Assembly (NCBI GenBank): GCA_963783385.1
Contig: CAWANJ010000009.1
Location: forward strand, 832,001-896,000
DNA length: 64,000 nt
Direction of reading: 5' to 3'
Origin: an uncultured Gemmatimonadales bacterium
Lineage (GTDB): Bacteria > Gemmatimonadota > Gemmatimonadetes > Palauibacterales > Palauibacteraceae
Made by a program: the position numbers and the translations under genes. Within the stretch, counting starts at the first letter, position 1. Every line of letters begins with the position of its first letter. Positions 12,178 to 22,117 of this stretch are shown piece by piece. Under the pieces are notes generated by a model. It searched no databases, was not told the origin of the DNA, and saw nothing but the letters and a program-made list of their open reading frames with translations.

Positions 12178-13692
12178 ATGACGACCAGGCCCGGGCGCCT
12201 ACGCCGCGTGGGAGCGAGCCGTGCGCGGTGGATCCGGCGAGAGCTGCTCTCGCTCGTCGTGCTCGCGGCCGCGAGCCCGGCCGGGCTCGCGGCGCAGGGC
12301 TACAGCGCCAACGTCCAAGCGGGCATGGCCTCGGTGAAGCTCCGCCCGCTGGTCCGTGACAGCGTGCCCGAGTCCACCGTGCCGGGCCAGGGCCTTCTGC
12401 GGCGGCTCCCCAACGGCATCGTGGCGACCTGCATCCCGGGCGAGTACTGCCGATGGTACGGATCGGGCGCCGTGCGCTCGCTCACGACCGTGACCCAGGA
12501 GATCCACCTGGCCGCATGGCCCGGGATCCGGGGGCTGGCGGTCCACGCTCACATGCGTGGCTGGTACGGAAGCGACGGGGAGTGGCCGCTTTCGAGCCAC
12601 AGGCTCGAGGTGATGACCGCCTACCTCAGCTACGACATCTCCCGCTTCCATTTCGAGGGCGGCCGTCAGGACCGATTCGATGGCCTCGGGTACCGGAACT
12701 TCGACGGGCTCTCGGCCCGCTGGGACGGACTCGAGCCCCTGTCGGTCGAGGCCTACGGCGGTTGGTACCTGGCCCCCAACCTGGATGCGCCGCTCACCAG
12801 CTCGCTGATCTCCGACGCCGAGCCCCTGGCCTCGTGAACGACCGCGGACTGGTGTTCGGGGGCGAGCTCCAGGCCCACGCGGGTCGTCGCCTCTCCGGTT
12901 CGGCGGTCTACCAGCGGGTGATCCGGACGGACCGCCTGGCGCTGTACTCGGAGCGCGCGGCGCTGACGGCTCACGCCTTTCTCGGGCCCGCCAGCATGGA
13001 CCTCTCCGGGCGGTACGACTTCTCCTTCCAGCAGCTCGATCAGGTCCACGCGCGCGTGTCGGTGCCGGTTCGACCTTGCCTGGAACTCACGGCCGAGTAC
13101 CGACACTACCGTCCCTTCTTCCCGCTGTGGACGATCTGGGGCGCGTTCAGCCCGGTCGGCTACGACGGCGGCAGCGGCAGCCTGACCTGGCGGGTCCCCT
13201 CCCTCGGTCTCGGCCTGCAGGCCGGCGGCGGATACCGCTGGTACGAGAACTCGAGCACGGCGGGCGGAAACCTGGCCGGCTTCAAGGACACGGGCTGGCG
13301 CGCCTTCGGCGGCGCCAACTGGGCCTCCGGCGACTTGGTTCGCCAACGGCCAATACCAGGCGGACATCGGGCCGGGAGCGGCGGACATGGGTGGAGACCT
13401 GTCCGCCGGACGTCGCTTCGGCGAGAGGAGCTGGCTGGCTCTCCGGGCCACGTCCACCCGCAGCTTCGGCGAGTATCGGCTCGGTGACCAGCGGCTCACC
13501 GGCGCGGGACTCATCGGGTCCGCGCCGGTCGGCGACCTCCTGTTAACGGGCAGCGCGGGATTCTACCGGCTGTCCTACACGAACCGGCCGGCGATCACGG
13601 ACTGGACGCAGTTCCGGATGTTCCTGGGGGTGGGATACCACTTCGGCAGCGAGCCGACGGTCGCGTCGGTCCTGAAGGGGTACGGCCAATGA
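12178..13692 (+). CDS. Putative outer-membrane beta-barrel porin (apparent frameshifts ~12832 and ~13336)
   Basis: Signal peptide; alternating aromatic/Gly beta-strand pattern across ORFs 12178, 12453 and 13387; near-terminal FLGVGYHF; lies between two multiheme cytochromes. Confidence 0.75.
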
Positions 13693-15418
13693 GCGACCGC
13701 TGGCCAAGACGGATCGTCCTCGCGCTCGCCTTCCTGACCCTGACCGGCGGGCCCTGGGCCGGGTCGGCCCTGGCCGGCCAGGACACGACGGTCGTCCAGC
13801 GCCCCTTCCCGCACGCCCGCCACGTCGGACTGTTCCCGACCTGCGACGGCTGCCATGCGGGGATCCTGAACGGAGACTCGGCGAAGTGGCTCTCGGTGGG
13901 GCCCGAGTTCTGCCAGGTTTGCCACGACGGCGAGACGGTGAAGAAGATCGAGTGGACGACGCCCGAGCACCCTCGGACGAACCTCCACTTCACGCACGCC
14001 AAGCACGCTGCCGGATTCGAGAAGCTCGGGGCGCCGCCCGCGAAGTGCCAGACCTGTCACCAGGCCGAAGGCGGCACGGAACGTCCATGCAGGTGGTGAT
14101 GGCCAGGCCGACGCTCTGCGGGGCATGCCACTCACCGGACCACCTGTCGCTCCAGAACGACTGCGCCACGTGTCACGATCCGCTCACCCGGGCGTCGAAC
14201 CTGAGGACGTCCGACATCGCGGGCTTGCCCAAGCCTCCCTGGCACGATTCGGCCGACTTCCTCTTCCAGCACGGAGCGGAGGCCTCCGCGTCGGGCGCGG
14301 TGTGCTCCGTGTGCCACGCCCGCCAGAGCTGCACCCGCTGCCACCTGAACGCGTCGCAGGTGGAGCCGATCCAGGCCCTCGGCCCGGATCCGCGCGTCGC
14401 ACAGCTGGTCCACGGACGAGCGGGCCGGTGGCCGAAGCCGCCCAGCCACCGCGACCGGGACTGGGTCCTGTCCCACGGAGCGACGGCCCGGACCTCGCTG
14501 TCCACGTGCGCCGACTGCCACGCGGCTTCGAGCTGTGCGACCTGCCACCGCGGGCCGCGGGCCGGCTTCCTTTCGCAGATGCCGCGGGCCGTCGAGGGAG
14601 GACCGTCCGGGGTTCGCATCCACGCGTCGCCGCCTGGACACGGACCGGACTTCGCCACGCAGCACGGGGCGACCGCGGCCTCGGGTGCCATCGAGTGCTC
14701 CGCGTGTCACACGAAGGTCCAGTGCACGGCCTGCCATCGCGGGGGCGTGCCCTCCTCGCCGGCCGTCCACGCCCCCGGCACGGGCGGATCGGGAGGAGGG
14801 AACGAGCCGATGAGCCTCGGGAGCCCGAGCGTGCAGCCCGGGGAGCCGACGACACCGACGGACGAACGTCGCCCGCTGCGGAGGCCCGAGCCGCGCCCCG
14901 TAGTGTGGTTCGCCTCGCTGCGGACGACCGTTCGGACGGGGCCACGAGCCGTGCAGGACACCACGCCCCCGGCGTCCACGTCCTCTCGAGAAGACGGAGG
15001 ACAGGCAACCCCGGCCCCGCGGACCGGCGGCTTCCACCCACCCGATTACGTGCTCCGACACGGTGCCGACGCCTTCTCGCGTCGAGTCCAGTGCTCGGAG
15101 TGCCATTCGGCCCAGGCATTCTGCCTGACCTGCCACGAGAAAATGGGGATCGGACGGGGGGGCACGGCCGGGAGCCCCGCCTTTCACGATGCGGAGCCCA
15201 ACTGGCTGATCACGCACGGGCGGGCCGCCCGACAGAATATCGAGACCTGCATCTCCTGTCACCAGCAGAGCTCCTGCCTTCGGTGTCACAGCGCGAAGTT
15301 CGGATTCCGCATCGACCCGCACGGTCCGGGCTTCGATCCCAACCGCATCGCCGACCGCAGCACGATCTCCTGCGGAATCTGCCACTTCTCGCTCCCCAAA
15401 GGCGGAGGCGGGGGCTGA
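13689..15418 (+). CDS. 16-heme periplasmic cytochrome c (apparent frameshift ~14088)
   Basis: Signal peptide; 3 CXXCH before and 13 after the shift; repeated HG..A...CxxCH-x4-CxxCH modules. Confidence 0.85.
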
Positions 15419-15713
15419 CCGAGGCGGGATGAGGGTTCGCGCCCGACCCTCACGACCGGAGCATTCCGGCGAATCCCCCCGGGGAGTGTCGCACGAAATG
15501 CGGCCTCCGCGACGGCCGGGTATACTGGCTGGCGCGTGCGAGGCCTTGGGTCGTCGAGATCGAAGAACGGGTCAATGGACGAACGAGGAGACCTGGTGGT
15601 GGACGGAATATGGGATGAGGGGATGGGTGGTTCGGGAGGAGTGAGTCGTCCGTCACGGAGCGGCACGTGAGCACGGGGCCGCTCGCAGCGCCGCCCCGGC
15701 AGGCGAGGTTGCC

Positions 15714-16184
15714 ATGGTAGAGCCCACGGCTGCGCCGCTGGAGACGGACCCGCCGACCTGGCGACTGGCCTTCGGGGAGTACGTCCTCGCGGGCAGTGTC
15801 GCCATGCTGCTCCTGGGTGCCCTCGCCGCGGTGGTGCTGTACCTGATTCCTTCCAGCCCTCTGCAGCTGGAGGAGCTCCAGCCAGCGTACCAGGTGGCGC
15901 CCGAGGCCAACTTTCCGGTCAACAGCAGTCGCATCGTCAACTGGGGCGATCAGGTCATCCTGGTCGTTCGCACCGGGGATCAGTCGTATTCGGCGCTGCA
16001 GGGCACGGCCCCGACGGACGGCTGCATCCTGAGCTGGAACGAGACGTCGCTCCGCATCGTGTCGCCCTGCACCCACCTGGTCTACGACCTCCGTGGCAAC
16101 GTGGTCCGCGGACTCTCGACCGTCCCCCTCCAGCGCTATCCAGTGTTCATCCGTGACGGCGTCGTATACGTGGCGAGGCCGTAG
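15714..16184 (+). CDS. Degenerate Rieske-fold protein lacking [2Fe-2S] ligands
   Basis: TM anchor plus Rieske-like domain (YDLRGNVVRG..PL..YPV); boxes read APTDGC and SPCTHL instead of CTHLGC and CPCHGS. Confidence 0.8.
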   Translation: MVEPTAAPLETDPPTWRLAFGEYVLAGSVAMLLLGALAAVVLYLIPSSPLQLEELQPAYQVAPEANFPVNSSRIVNWGDQVILVVRTGDQSYSALQGTAPTDGCILSWNETSLRIVSPCTHLVYDLRGNVVRGLSTVPLQRYPVFIRDGVVYVARP

Positions 16185-16185
16185 C

Positions 16186-17469
16186 ATGGTCCCCAGAGAT
16201 TCGAAGCCTGCCAGGGAGTGGTTCGCCCGACTGTGGGCGGACCTGAAGGCCAGCACGGACGCGAGCCTGCTGGCGATCCTGCGCTTCGTCGGCCTCCTGT
16301 ATGGGCCGATCGACACCCGACTGCCCATGGGCGCGGCCTTCCGCAAGGCCCTGCGGCACCGGCTCTCCCCGGAGGCCGGATGGCGTCAGGCGTTCGGCGG
16401 GATCGCCTACCTTCTGTTCATGATCCTCGTGGTCACCGGCGTGCTCCTGTCCTTCTACTACCGGCCTTCTACACAGGAGGCCTACCAGAGCATTCAGCAC
16501 ATCGTGTCGGGCGTCTCCTTCGGCTGGCTCATGCGGGACCTGCACGTGTGGGCCGCGAACCTGGTGGTGCTCGCGGCGCTGCTGCACATGGCCCGCGTGT
16601 TCTTCGGTGCGGCCTACAAGCCTCCGCGCGAGACCAACTGGATCGTGGGAGTGCTCCTCCTGTTCAGCGTGTTCGCGTTCGGTGCGACGGGCTACCTCCT
16701 GCCGTGGGACCAGTGGTCGTACTGGACGGTGACCGAGGGACTGGACATCCTCGCCCGCGCACCCATCGTGGGAGGCTGGCTGGTCAGGGTCCTGCGGGCC
16801 GACCCGATCGTGTCCGGCGCCACCTTGAGCCGCTTCTTCGCCATCCACGTGATCGTGCTGCCCTGGCTGGTGCTCGGCCTGCTGGCCCTGCACTTCGCCC
16901 TGGTACGGAAGCATGGTGTCGCACCCCGCGTGAGCGGGACGCGGACGGGCGGGACGGGCGTTCCGTTCTTCCCGCACCACTTCCTGCGGATGGTGATCGC
17001 CGGAACGCTCGTCGTGGCCGTGGCCGTGACGGCCGCCCTCCTGTTCCCGCGTCCGGTCGCTGCTCCGGCCAACCCCGCGCAGCCGCCGGGAATGCTGTTC
17101 TCGACCTGGATCCTGGCCGACGTTTCTCGAGCCCTGATCTATTATCTCGGGGGCTGGGGCTTCGGCGCGTTCCTGCTGCTCGGAGCCGGGATGGTGCTCC
17201 TGCCGATCTTCGATCGTTCTCCCGAGAGGCGGCTTCGCCGCCGGCCGATCGTGGCCGCCCTGGGCGTCCTCTTCTTCCTGACCTTCGCGACCGCCTGGGG
17301 CGCCGGGTGGCGACTCCGCTCCGTTCCGACGACGACCTCGGGTGAGCTGACGCCGTTCCAGAAGCAGCCCACCGGGGCTACGCCGGGCGCTCCCCTGCCA
17401 CGCATCGCGCCCGCCAGCCGACCGGCGACGTCCGGATCGGACACGACGAATCCCGGGGGCGCGCCATGA
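16186..17469 (+). CDS. Second cytochrome b, Qo motif degenerate
   Basis: ATG at 16186; four His retained (DLHVWAAN..LHM, AIHV..LHF) and TGYLLPWDQ; PEWY position reads STWI. Confidence 0.9.
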   Translation: MVPRDSKPAREWFARLWADLKASTDASLLAILRFVGLLYGPIDTRLPMGAAFRKALRHRLSPEAGWRQAFGGIAYLLFMILVVTGVLLSFYYRPSTQEAYQSIQHIVSGVSFGWLMRDLHVWAANLVVLAALLHMARVFFGAAYKPPRETNWIVGVLLLFSVFAFGATGYLLPWDQWSYWTVTEGLDILARAPIVGGWLVRVLRADPIVSGATLSRFFAIHVIVLPWLVLGLLALHFALVRKHGVAPRVSGTRTGGTGVPFFPHHFLRMVIAGTLVVAVAVTAALLFPRPVAAPANPAQPPGMLFSTWILADVSRALIYYLGGWGFGAFLLLGAGMVLLPIFDRSPERRLRRRPIVAALGVLFFLTFATAWGAGWRLRSVPTTTSGELTPFQKQPTGATPGAPLPRIAPASRPATSGSDTTNPGGAP

Positions 17470-18758
17470 CGACCGCGCTGACGGCGCTGCTCACAGCCAC
17501 CCTCCTCGCTGCGCCCGCGGCGGGAAGGCCGGCTCCGGCTCGCCCTGCCGGACGTACGGCTCCGACGCTTCCGGCGCAGGTCCCCGGAGCCATGGCCGAC
17601 ACGGCCAACGGCTGCCTGGCCTGCCACGCGGCGCAGCGGCGGGCCGCGACCGAAGGGGTCCATGCCGAGCACGGCGTCACCTGCGTGAGCTGTCACGGCG
17701 GCGACCCGGCCGCCGTCACCCTGCCCCGGGGACACAGCGGGCACTTCGTCGGCAAGCCGGACAAGGCCGCCACCGCGGAACTGTGCGGCTCGTGCCACTC
17801 GGACCCGGACAAGATGCGGGAATACGGCCTGCCCACGGGACAACTGGCCCAGTTCCGCTCGAGCAAGCACGGCCAGTTGTTGTTCGGGCAGCACAACACG
17901 GACGTTCCGACCTGCACGGACTGTCACGGAACGCATGTCATCTACCCGCCCTACGACGCCCGGAGCCGCGTCTATCCGACGAACATTCCGGGGACCTGCG
18001 CGAGCTGCCACTCGGACCCGAAGCTCATGGCGAAGTACCACATTCGCACGGACCAGTTCGCGCAGTTTCGCAACAGCGCCCACGGCGTCGCCCTGTTCCA
18101 GAACCAGAACTTCGCGGCGCCCACGTGCGTCGGGTGCCACGGCGCGCACTCCGAGCTGCCGCCCACGGTGACCGAGATCGCCAGCGTGTGCGGGCGCTGT
18201 CACGTGCTCGTCGAGCAGGAGTTCGCGAAGGGGCCCCATGGCGCCGCCGCCCGTGCCGGGAAGCTGCCGGGCTGCCTGGCGTGCCACAGCAACCACGGCA
18301 CCGAACGTGTCGCGGCGGACAGCATCAGCGCCACCTGCGACCGATGTCACGGATCCAACTCCCAGGTCCACCAGTTCGCGGTCGACATCCAGCACCGGGT
18401 CGTGCAGGCCACGGCGGACATCCAGTCGGCCGAGCGGGCGATCGACCAGATGGCCGCCGCCGGCCAGCGGGTCGGCTACTATCGCTTCCGATTCAGGTCG
18501 GGGCTCACGTACTTCCGCGAGATCGCCCAGAAGCAGCACCGCCTCAACCTGGACACGCTCGACGACCTCGCTCGTCGGGTGCGGTCCGTGTCGATCGACC
18601 TCGACTCGCGGGCGAAGGCGACCCAGGAGAGCCGTTGGGAGCACAGGCTCCTGCTCCTTCCGGTGTGGTTCCTGTCGCTGTCCGCGGTCGCGCTCGCCCT
18701 GCTGGCCCTGCGCGGTCTCCGGAAGACGAACCGGGACTCGGACTCCTCCGGGCCATAG
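17466..18758 (+). CDS. Nonaheme cytochrome c with C-terminal anchor, paralog of 6674-8080
   Basis: 9 CXXCH with the same spacing; shared SxVYP..TC..CH.D..M..Y.I.TDQ and APTC motifs. Confidence 0.92.
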   Translation: MTTALTALLTATLLAAPAAGRPAPARPAGRTAPTLPAQVPGAMADTANGCLACHAAQRRAATEGVHAEHGVTCVSCHGGDPAAVTLPRGHSGHFVGKPDKAATAELCGSCHSDPDKMREYGLPTGQLAQFRSSKHGQLLFGQHNTDVPTCTDCHGTHVIYPPYDARSRVYPTNIPGTCASCHSDPKLMAKYHIRTDQFAQFRNSAHGVALFQNQNFAAPTCVGCHGAHSELPPTVTEIASVCGRCHVLVEQEFAKGPHGAAARAGKLPGCLACHSNHGTERVAADSISATCDRCHGSNSQVHQFAVDIQHRVVQATADIQSAERAIDQMAAAGQRVGYYRFRFRSGLTYFREIAQKQHRLNLDTLDDLARRVRSVSIDLDSRAKATQESRWEHRLLLLPVWFLSLSAVALALLALRGLRKTNRDSDSSGP

Positions 18759-18761
18759 CCT

Positions 18762-20786
18762 ATGTGGCCCACCGTACGCCGGCGGATCGCGCAATGGGGC
18801 GTCGTCCTGCTCCCGATCGTCATTCTGGCGGTCATTCTGATCAGCGTGGGCACGATCGGCTTCGTGGAGGTCTCCAGCCAGCCGTGGTTCTGCAAGAGCT
18901 GCCACATCATGAAGCCGTACTACCAGTCGTGGTCCACCTCTTCACACCGCGACGTAGCCTGCATCAAGTGCCACATCCCGCCCGGGGTGAAGTCCGAGGT
19001 CAGCCAGAAGATCCAGGCCGCCAACATGGTGGTGAAGTATTTCACCGGCGCCTACAGCACGCGGCCCTGGGCGGAGATCAGCGACGCTTCCTGTCTGCGC
19101 TCGGGCTGCCACGCCAGCCGGCTCATCGAGGGTGCGGTGGACTTCCACGGTGTCCGGTTCGATCACGCCCGGCATCTGGGGGAGATTCGGCGTGGCATGC
19201 AGCTCCACTGCACGAGCTGCCATTCCCAGATCGTCCAGGGAACGCACATCGCCGTGACGGAAGGCACCTGCTTCCTGTGTCACTTCAAGGACCGGCCGGC
19301 GGGCCAGCCACTGGGCGGCTGCACCGGGTGCCACCCCTCGCCGCCCAAGGTGACCTCTCCAGAGGGATTCGTGATCGATCACCCCCAGTTCGTGCGGGAC
19401 CGGATCGACTGTCTGTCCTGCCACAACGAGGTCACGCACGGAACCGGCGACGTCGACGAGGCGCGCTGCGTCAGCTGTCACAACGAGCCCGATCGTCTGG
19501 CCAAGCTCAACGAGCCTACGCTCCTGCACACCGTTCACGTCACGCAGCACAACATCGCCTGCATCCAGTGCCACACTACCATCGAGCACCGGATCGTGTC
19601 GCTGACGACGACCGTGGAGCTGGACTGCCGGAGCTGTCACAAGTCCGTGCACCTGGACCAGCAGAGGTTGTTCGCCGGCATCGGCGGGCACGGGGTGGAG
19701 CGTACGCCGAGCTCCATGTACAAGGCGCGCGTCTCGTGCGTGGCGTGTCACGACCAGGCCAAGAAGCTCCCGGCCCACGACACCGTGAACATGGCCAGCC
19801 AGTCCTCCTGCATGTCCTGCCACGGCATCCGGTACGCCAACGTGCTTCCCAGCTGGCAGAAGGGCATGAAGCGCAAGGTCGGCCTGGTGGCGCCCATCGT
19901 CGCCGCGGCCCGCGCGGCGGCCGCCGCAGTGCCGCTCGGCCGCCGCGGACCGGCGGACAGCCTCCTGAACATGGCCCAGGACAACCTGGAGTTCGTCCGC
20001 GAGGGCAAGGGCGCCCACAACATCGTCTACGCGGACAAGCTACTGCGGGCCGCCCTCGGCATGGTGCGCGAGGCCGTGAAGGAGGAGCACCTGCCCTACC
20101 GCGTGCCGGCGGTCGACCTGGGCCCGCCGTTGAGCGAGAACATATGCCTGCAGTGCCACCTGGGGATCGAGCAGCAGAAGGGCACGTTCCAGGGCGCGTC
20201 GTTCGACCACACGGCCCACGTGCTGCGCGCCGGGCTGCAGTGCAACGATTGCCACACGCCGTTCTCCAACCACGGCGGCATCACCCTCGCGTCGACCGCG
20301 AGCTGCAACGCTTGCCACCACCCGGTGGTGCAGCCCCGGAACTGCGCCACCTGCCACGAGGGACCGGGTGGGGCGCCGTCCAGGCCCATAACCCTGCCCC
20401 AGGGCATCTTCCCGCATCGGCCTCACGTCGCGGCGAACATCGCCTGCACGACCTGCCACACGGCACCGATGATGAACGCGCGGACCCTCCAGTGCGACAA
20501 CTGTCATGCACAGCACCACCAGCCGACGGTCACCTGCCTGAACTGCCATCGGGGCGGCGTCCTGGCCCTGCACGATCAGCAGAACCACGTGTTGTGTGCG
20601 CAGTGTCATACCTCGGTCCCGGCGTTGGCGCACTGGACGCGGCAGATATGCACGGTGTGCCACGCGGACAAGACCGATCACAACCCGGGACGAGCCTGCA
20701 GCGTGTGTCATAGAGTGCCGGCCATGGGAACGTCCCGCACCGCCGTGCCGGGCGCCGGCGCGGAGGAGCCACCTCAAGTCCACTAG
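18762..20786 (+). CDS. NapC/NirT-type membrane-anchored cytochrome with 21 CXXCH + 1 CX4CH
   Basis: N-terminal TM helix, SSQPWFCKSCHIM..YYQSW..SSH..VACIKCH signature, long heme-bearing extension. Confidence 0.9.
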   Translation: MWPTVRRRIAQWGVVLLPIVILAVILISVGTIGFVEVSSQPWFCKSCHIMKPYYQSWSTSSHRDVACIKCHIPPGVKSEVSQKIQAANMVVKYFTGAYSTRPWAEISDASCLRSGCHASRLIEGAVDFHGVRFDHARHLGEIRRGMQLHCTSCHSQIVQGTHIAVTEGTCFLCHFKDRPAGQPLGGCTGCHPSPPKVTSPEGFVIDHPQFVRDRIDCLSCHNEVTHGTGDVDEARCVSCHNEPDRLAKLNEPTLLHTVHVTQHNIACIQCHTTIEHRIVSLTTTVELDCRSCHKSVHLDQQRLFAGIGGHGVERTPSSMYKARVSCVACHDQAKKLPAHDTVNMASQSSCMSCHGIRYANVLPSWQKGMKRKVGLVAPIVAAARAAAAAVPLGRRGPADSLLNMAQDNLEFVREGKGAHNIVYADKLLRAALGMVREAVKEEHLPYRVPAVDLGPPLSENICLQCHLGIEQQKGTFQGASFDHTAHVLRAGLQCNDCHTPFSNHGGITLASTASCNACHHPVVQPRNCATCHEGPGGAPSRPITLPQGIFPHRPHVAANIACTTCHTAPMMNARTLQCDNCHAQHHQPTVTCLNCHRGGVLALHDQQNHVLCAQCHTSVPALAHWTRQICTVCHADKTDHNPGRACSVCHRVPAMGTSRTAVPGAGAEEPPQVH

Positions 20787-20803
20787 CGCGGAGGGATGAT
20801 CAC

Positions 20804-22117
20804 ATGCGCTCCGTGGTCCGATTCGTCTGGATTCTGGGCGCGCTCGCGCCGGGGCTCGTCGGAGTCCGGACTGTCTCGGCGCAGGCGAGCAGGGCGACGT
20901 CCACGCAGGTCGTGGAGTGCACCAAGTGCCACGCCGACCACGACCTCCTCGCCGCCAACGCCACCGGCCAGCGACAGGACTCTGCCCTCTACGTAACCAC
21001 GGCGGTCCTGGACAGCTCCGTGCACCGGTCGTTGCAGTGCACGGACTGTCACCGGGGCTTCGAGGCCGGCTTCCCCCACCAGGTCAGCCAGGTGGTGGTG
21101 CCCTGCTCCACCTGCCACGAGAAGGAGGGCCGGAACTGGGAGGCCTCGATCCACGCCCGGAACGCCGAGACGGTGGGCGACGCGCCCACCTGCGTGGGGT
21201 GCCACGGAAGCCACCGGGTCCTCGCCACCACCGACCCGCGGTCACCGACGTATCCGCTGAACGTGGCCGGCCTGTGCAGCCGCTGCCACGCGGACCCGCG
21301 CATCATCGGCCGCTACTTCACGGGCCCCGGCTACCAGGAGGCCCGCATCGCCGCCACGGCCTTCCCCAAGAGCGTGCACGGGATCGCGCTCACCAGGGAC
21401 GGACTCGTGGTATCGGCCACCTGCTCGGACTGTCACCGTGCGCACCTCATCCTGCCGCCCGACTCGGCGCGCTCCTCGGTCAACCGGGCCAACATCCCGC
21501 AGACCTGCGGGAAGTGCCACGCCGGCGTCGTCAAGGTGTACGAGGCCTCCGCGCACGGGCCCGACTACCCGCCGCAGCCGGGGATCGCCGAGGGGCATTC
21601 GCGGCCCGTGTGCATCGACTGTCACTCGGCGCACGAGATCGTCCGCGCCGACCGGCCGGCATGGCAGCGCAGTACGGTCCAGAAGTGCGGCAGCTGCCAC
21701 GAGCACCTGTACGAGACCTACTTCGAGACCTACCACGGACAGGTGACGCACCTGGGATCCAACCTGGCCGCCAAGTGCAGCGACTGCCACACGGCGCATG
21801 ACATGCGCTCGCCCACGGACCCGAAGTCCACGGTGTTCGCGGCCAACCTGGTCCAGACCTGCGGCCAGTGCCACGCGGGCGCCAACGCCAACTTCGTCAA
21901 GTACTACGCGCACGGTGACCCGACGCAGCGGACGCGGTACCCGCTCCTGTACTGGCCGTGGCTGCTCATGACCGGGCTGCTGGTGAGCGTGATGGCCTTC
22001 TTCGTGATCCACAGCGTGCTGTGGCTGATCCGGAACGGCATCGAGCACCGGCGGGGCGGACGCGGCTCCGGCGGGCCGGCGGCGGGACCACCGACGAGCG
22101 GAGGGAGGGAGTCATGA
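20804..22117 (+). CDS. 11-heme cytochrome c, CbcL-like c-type portion with C-terminal TM
   Basis: 11 CXXCH, TYHGQ..LG...AAKCSDCH, C-terminal helix FFVIHSVLWLIR. Confidence 0.85.
   Translation: MRSVVRFVWILGALAPGLVGVRTVSAQASRATSTQVVECTKCHADHDLLAANATGQRQDSALYVTTAVLDSSVHRSLQCTDCHRGFEAGFPHQVSQVVVPCSTCHEKEGRNWEASIHARNAETVGDAPTCVGCHGSHRVLATTDPRSPTYPLNVAGLCSRCHADPRIIGRYFTGPGYQEARIAATAFPKSVHGIALTRDGLVVSATCSDCHRAHLILPPDSARSSVNRANIPQTCGKCHAGVVKVYEASAHGPDYPPQPGIAEGHSRPVCIDCHSAHEIVRADRPAWQRSTVQKCGSCHEHLYETYFETYHGQVTHLGSNLAAKCSDCHTAHDMRSPTDPKSTVFAANLVQTCGQCHAGANANFVKYYAHGDPTQRTRYPLLYWPWLLMTGLLVSVMAFFVIHSVLWLIRNGIEHRRGGRGSGGPAAGPPTSGGRES

Noticed and set aside
11010-14095. Programmed ribosomal frameshifting in the conduit genes
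   Set aside because: No slippery heptamers, mixed shift directions and too many sites
15430-15500. Further copies of the 17-bp box upstream of the pseudo-Rieske operon
   Set aside because: Only weak half-matches, not distinguishable from GC-rich background by eye
17783-20713. 976-aa alternative-frame ORF, and similar long shadow ORFs (48703-51969, 28803-31274, 31506-33272, 2543-4462)
   Set aside because: Arg/Pro/Gly-rich or antisense shadows of well-supported genes, expected in high-GC DNA; no motifs
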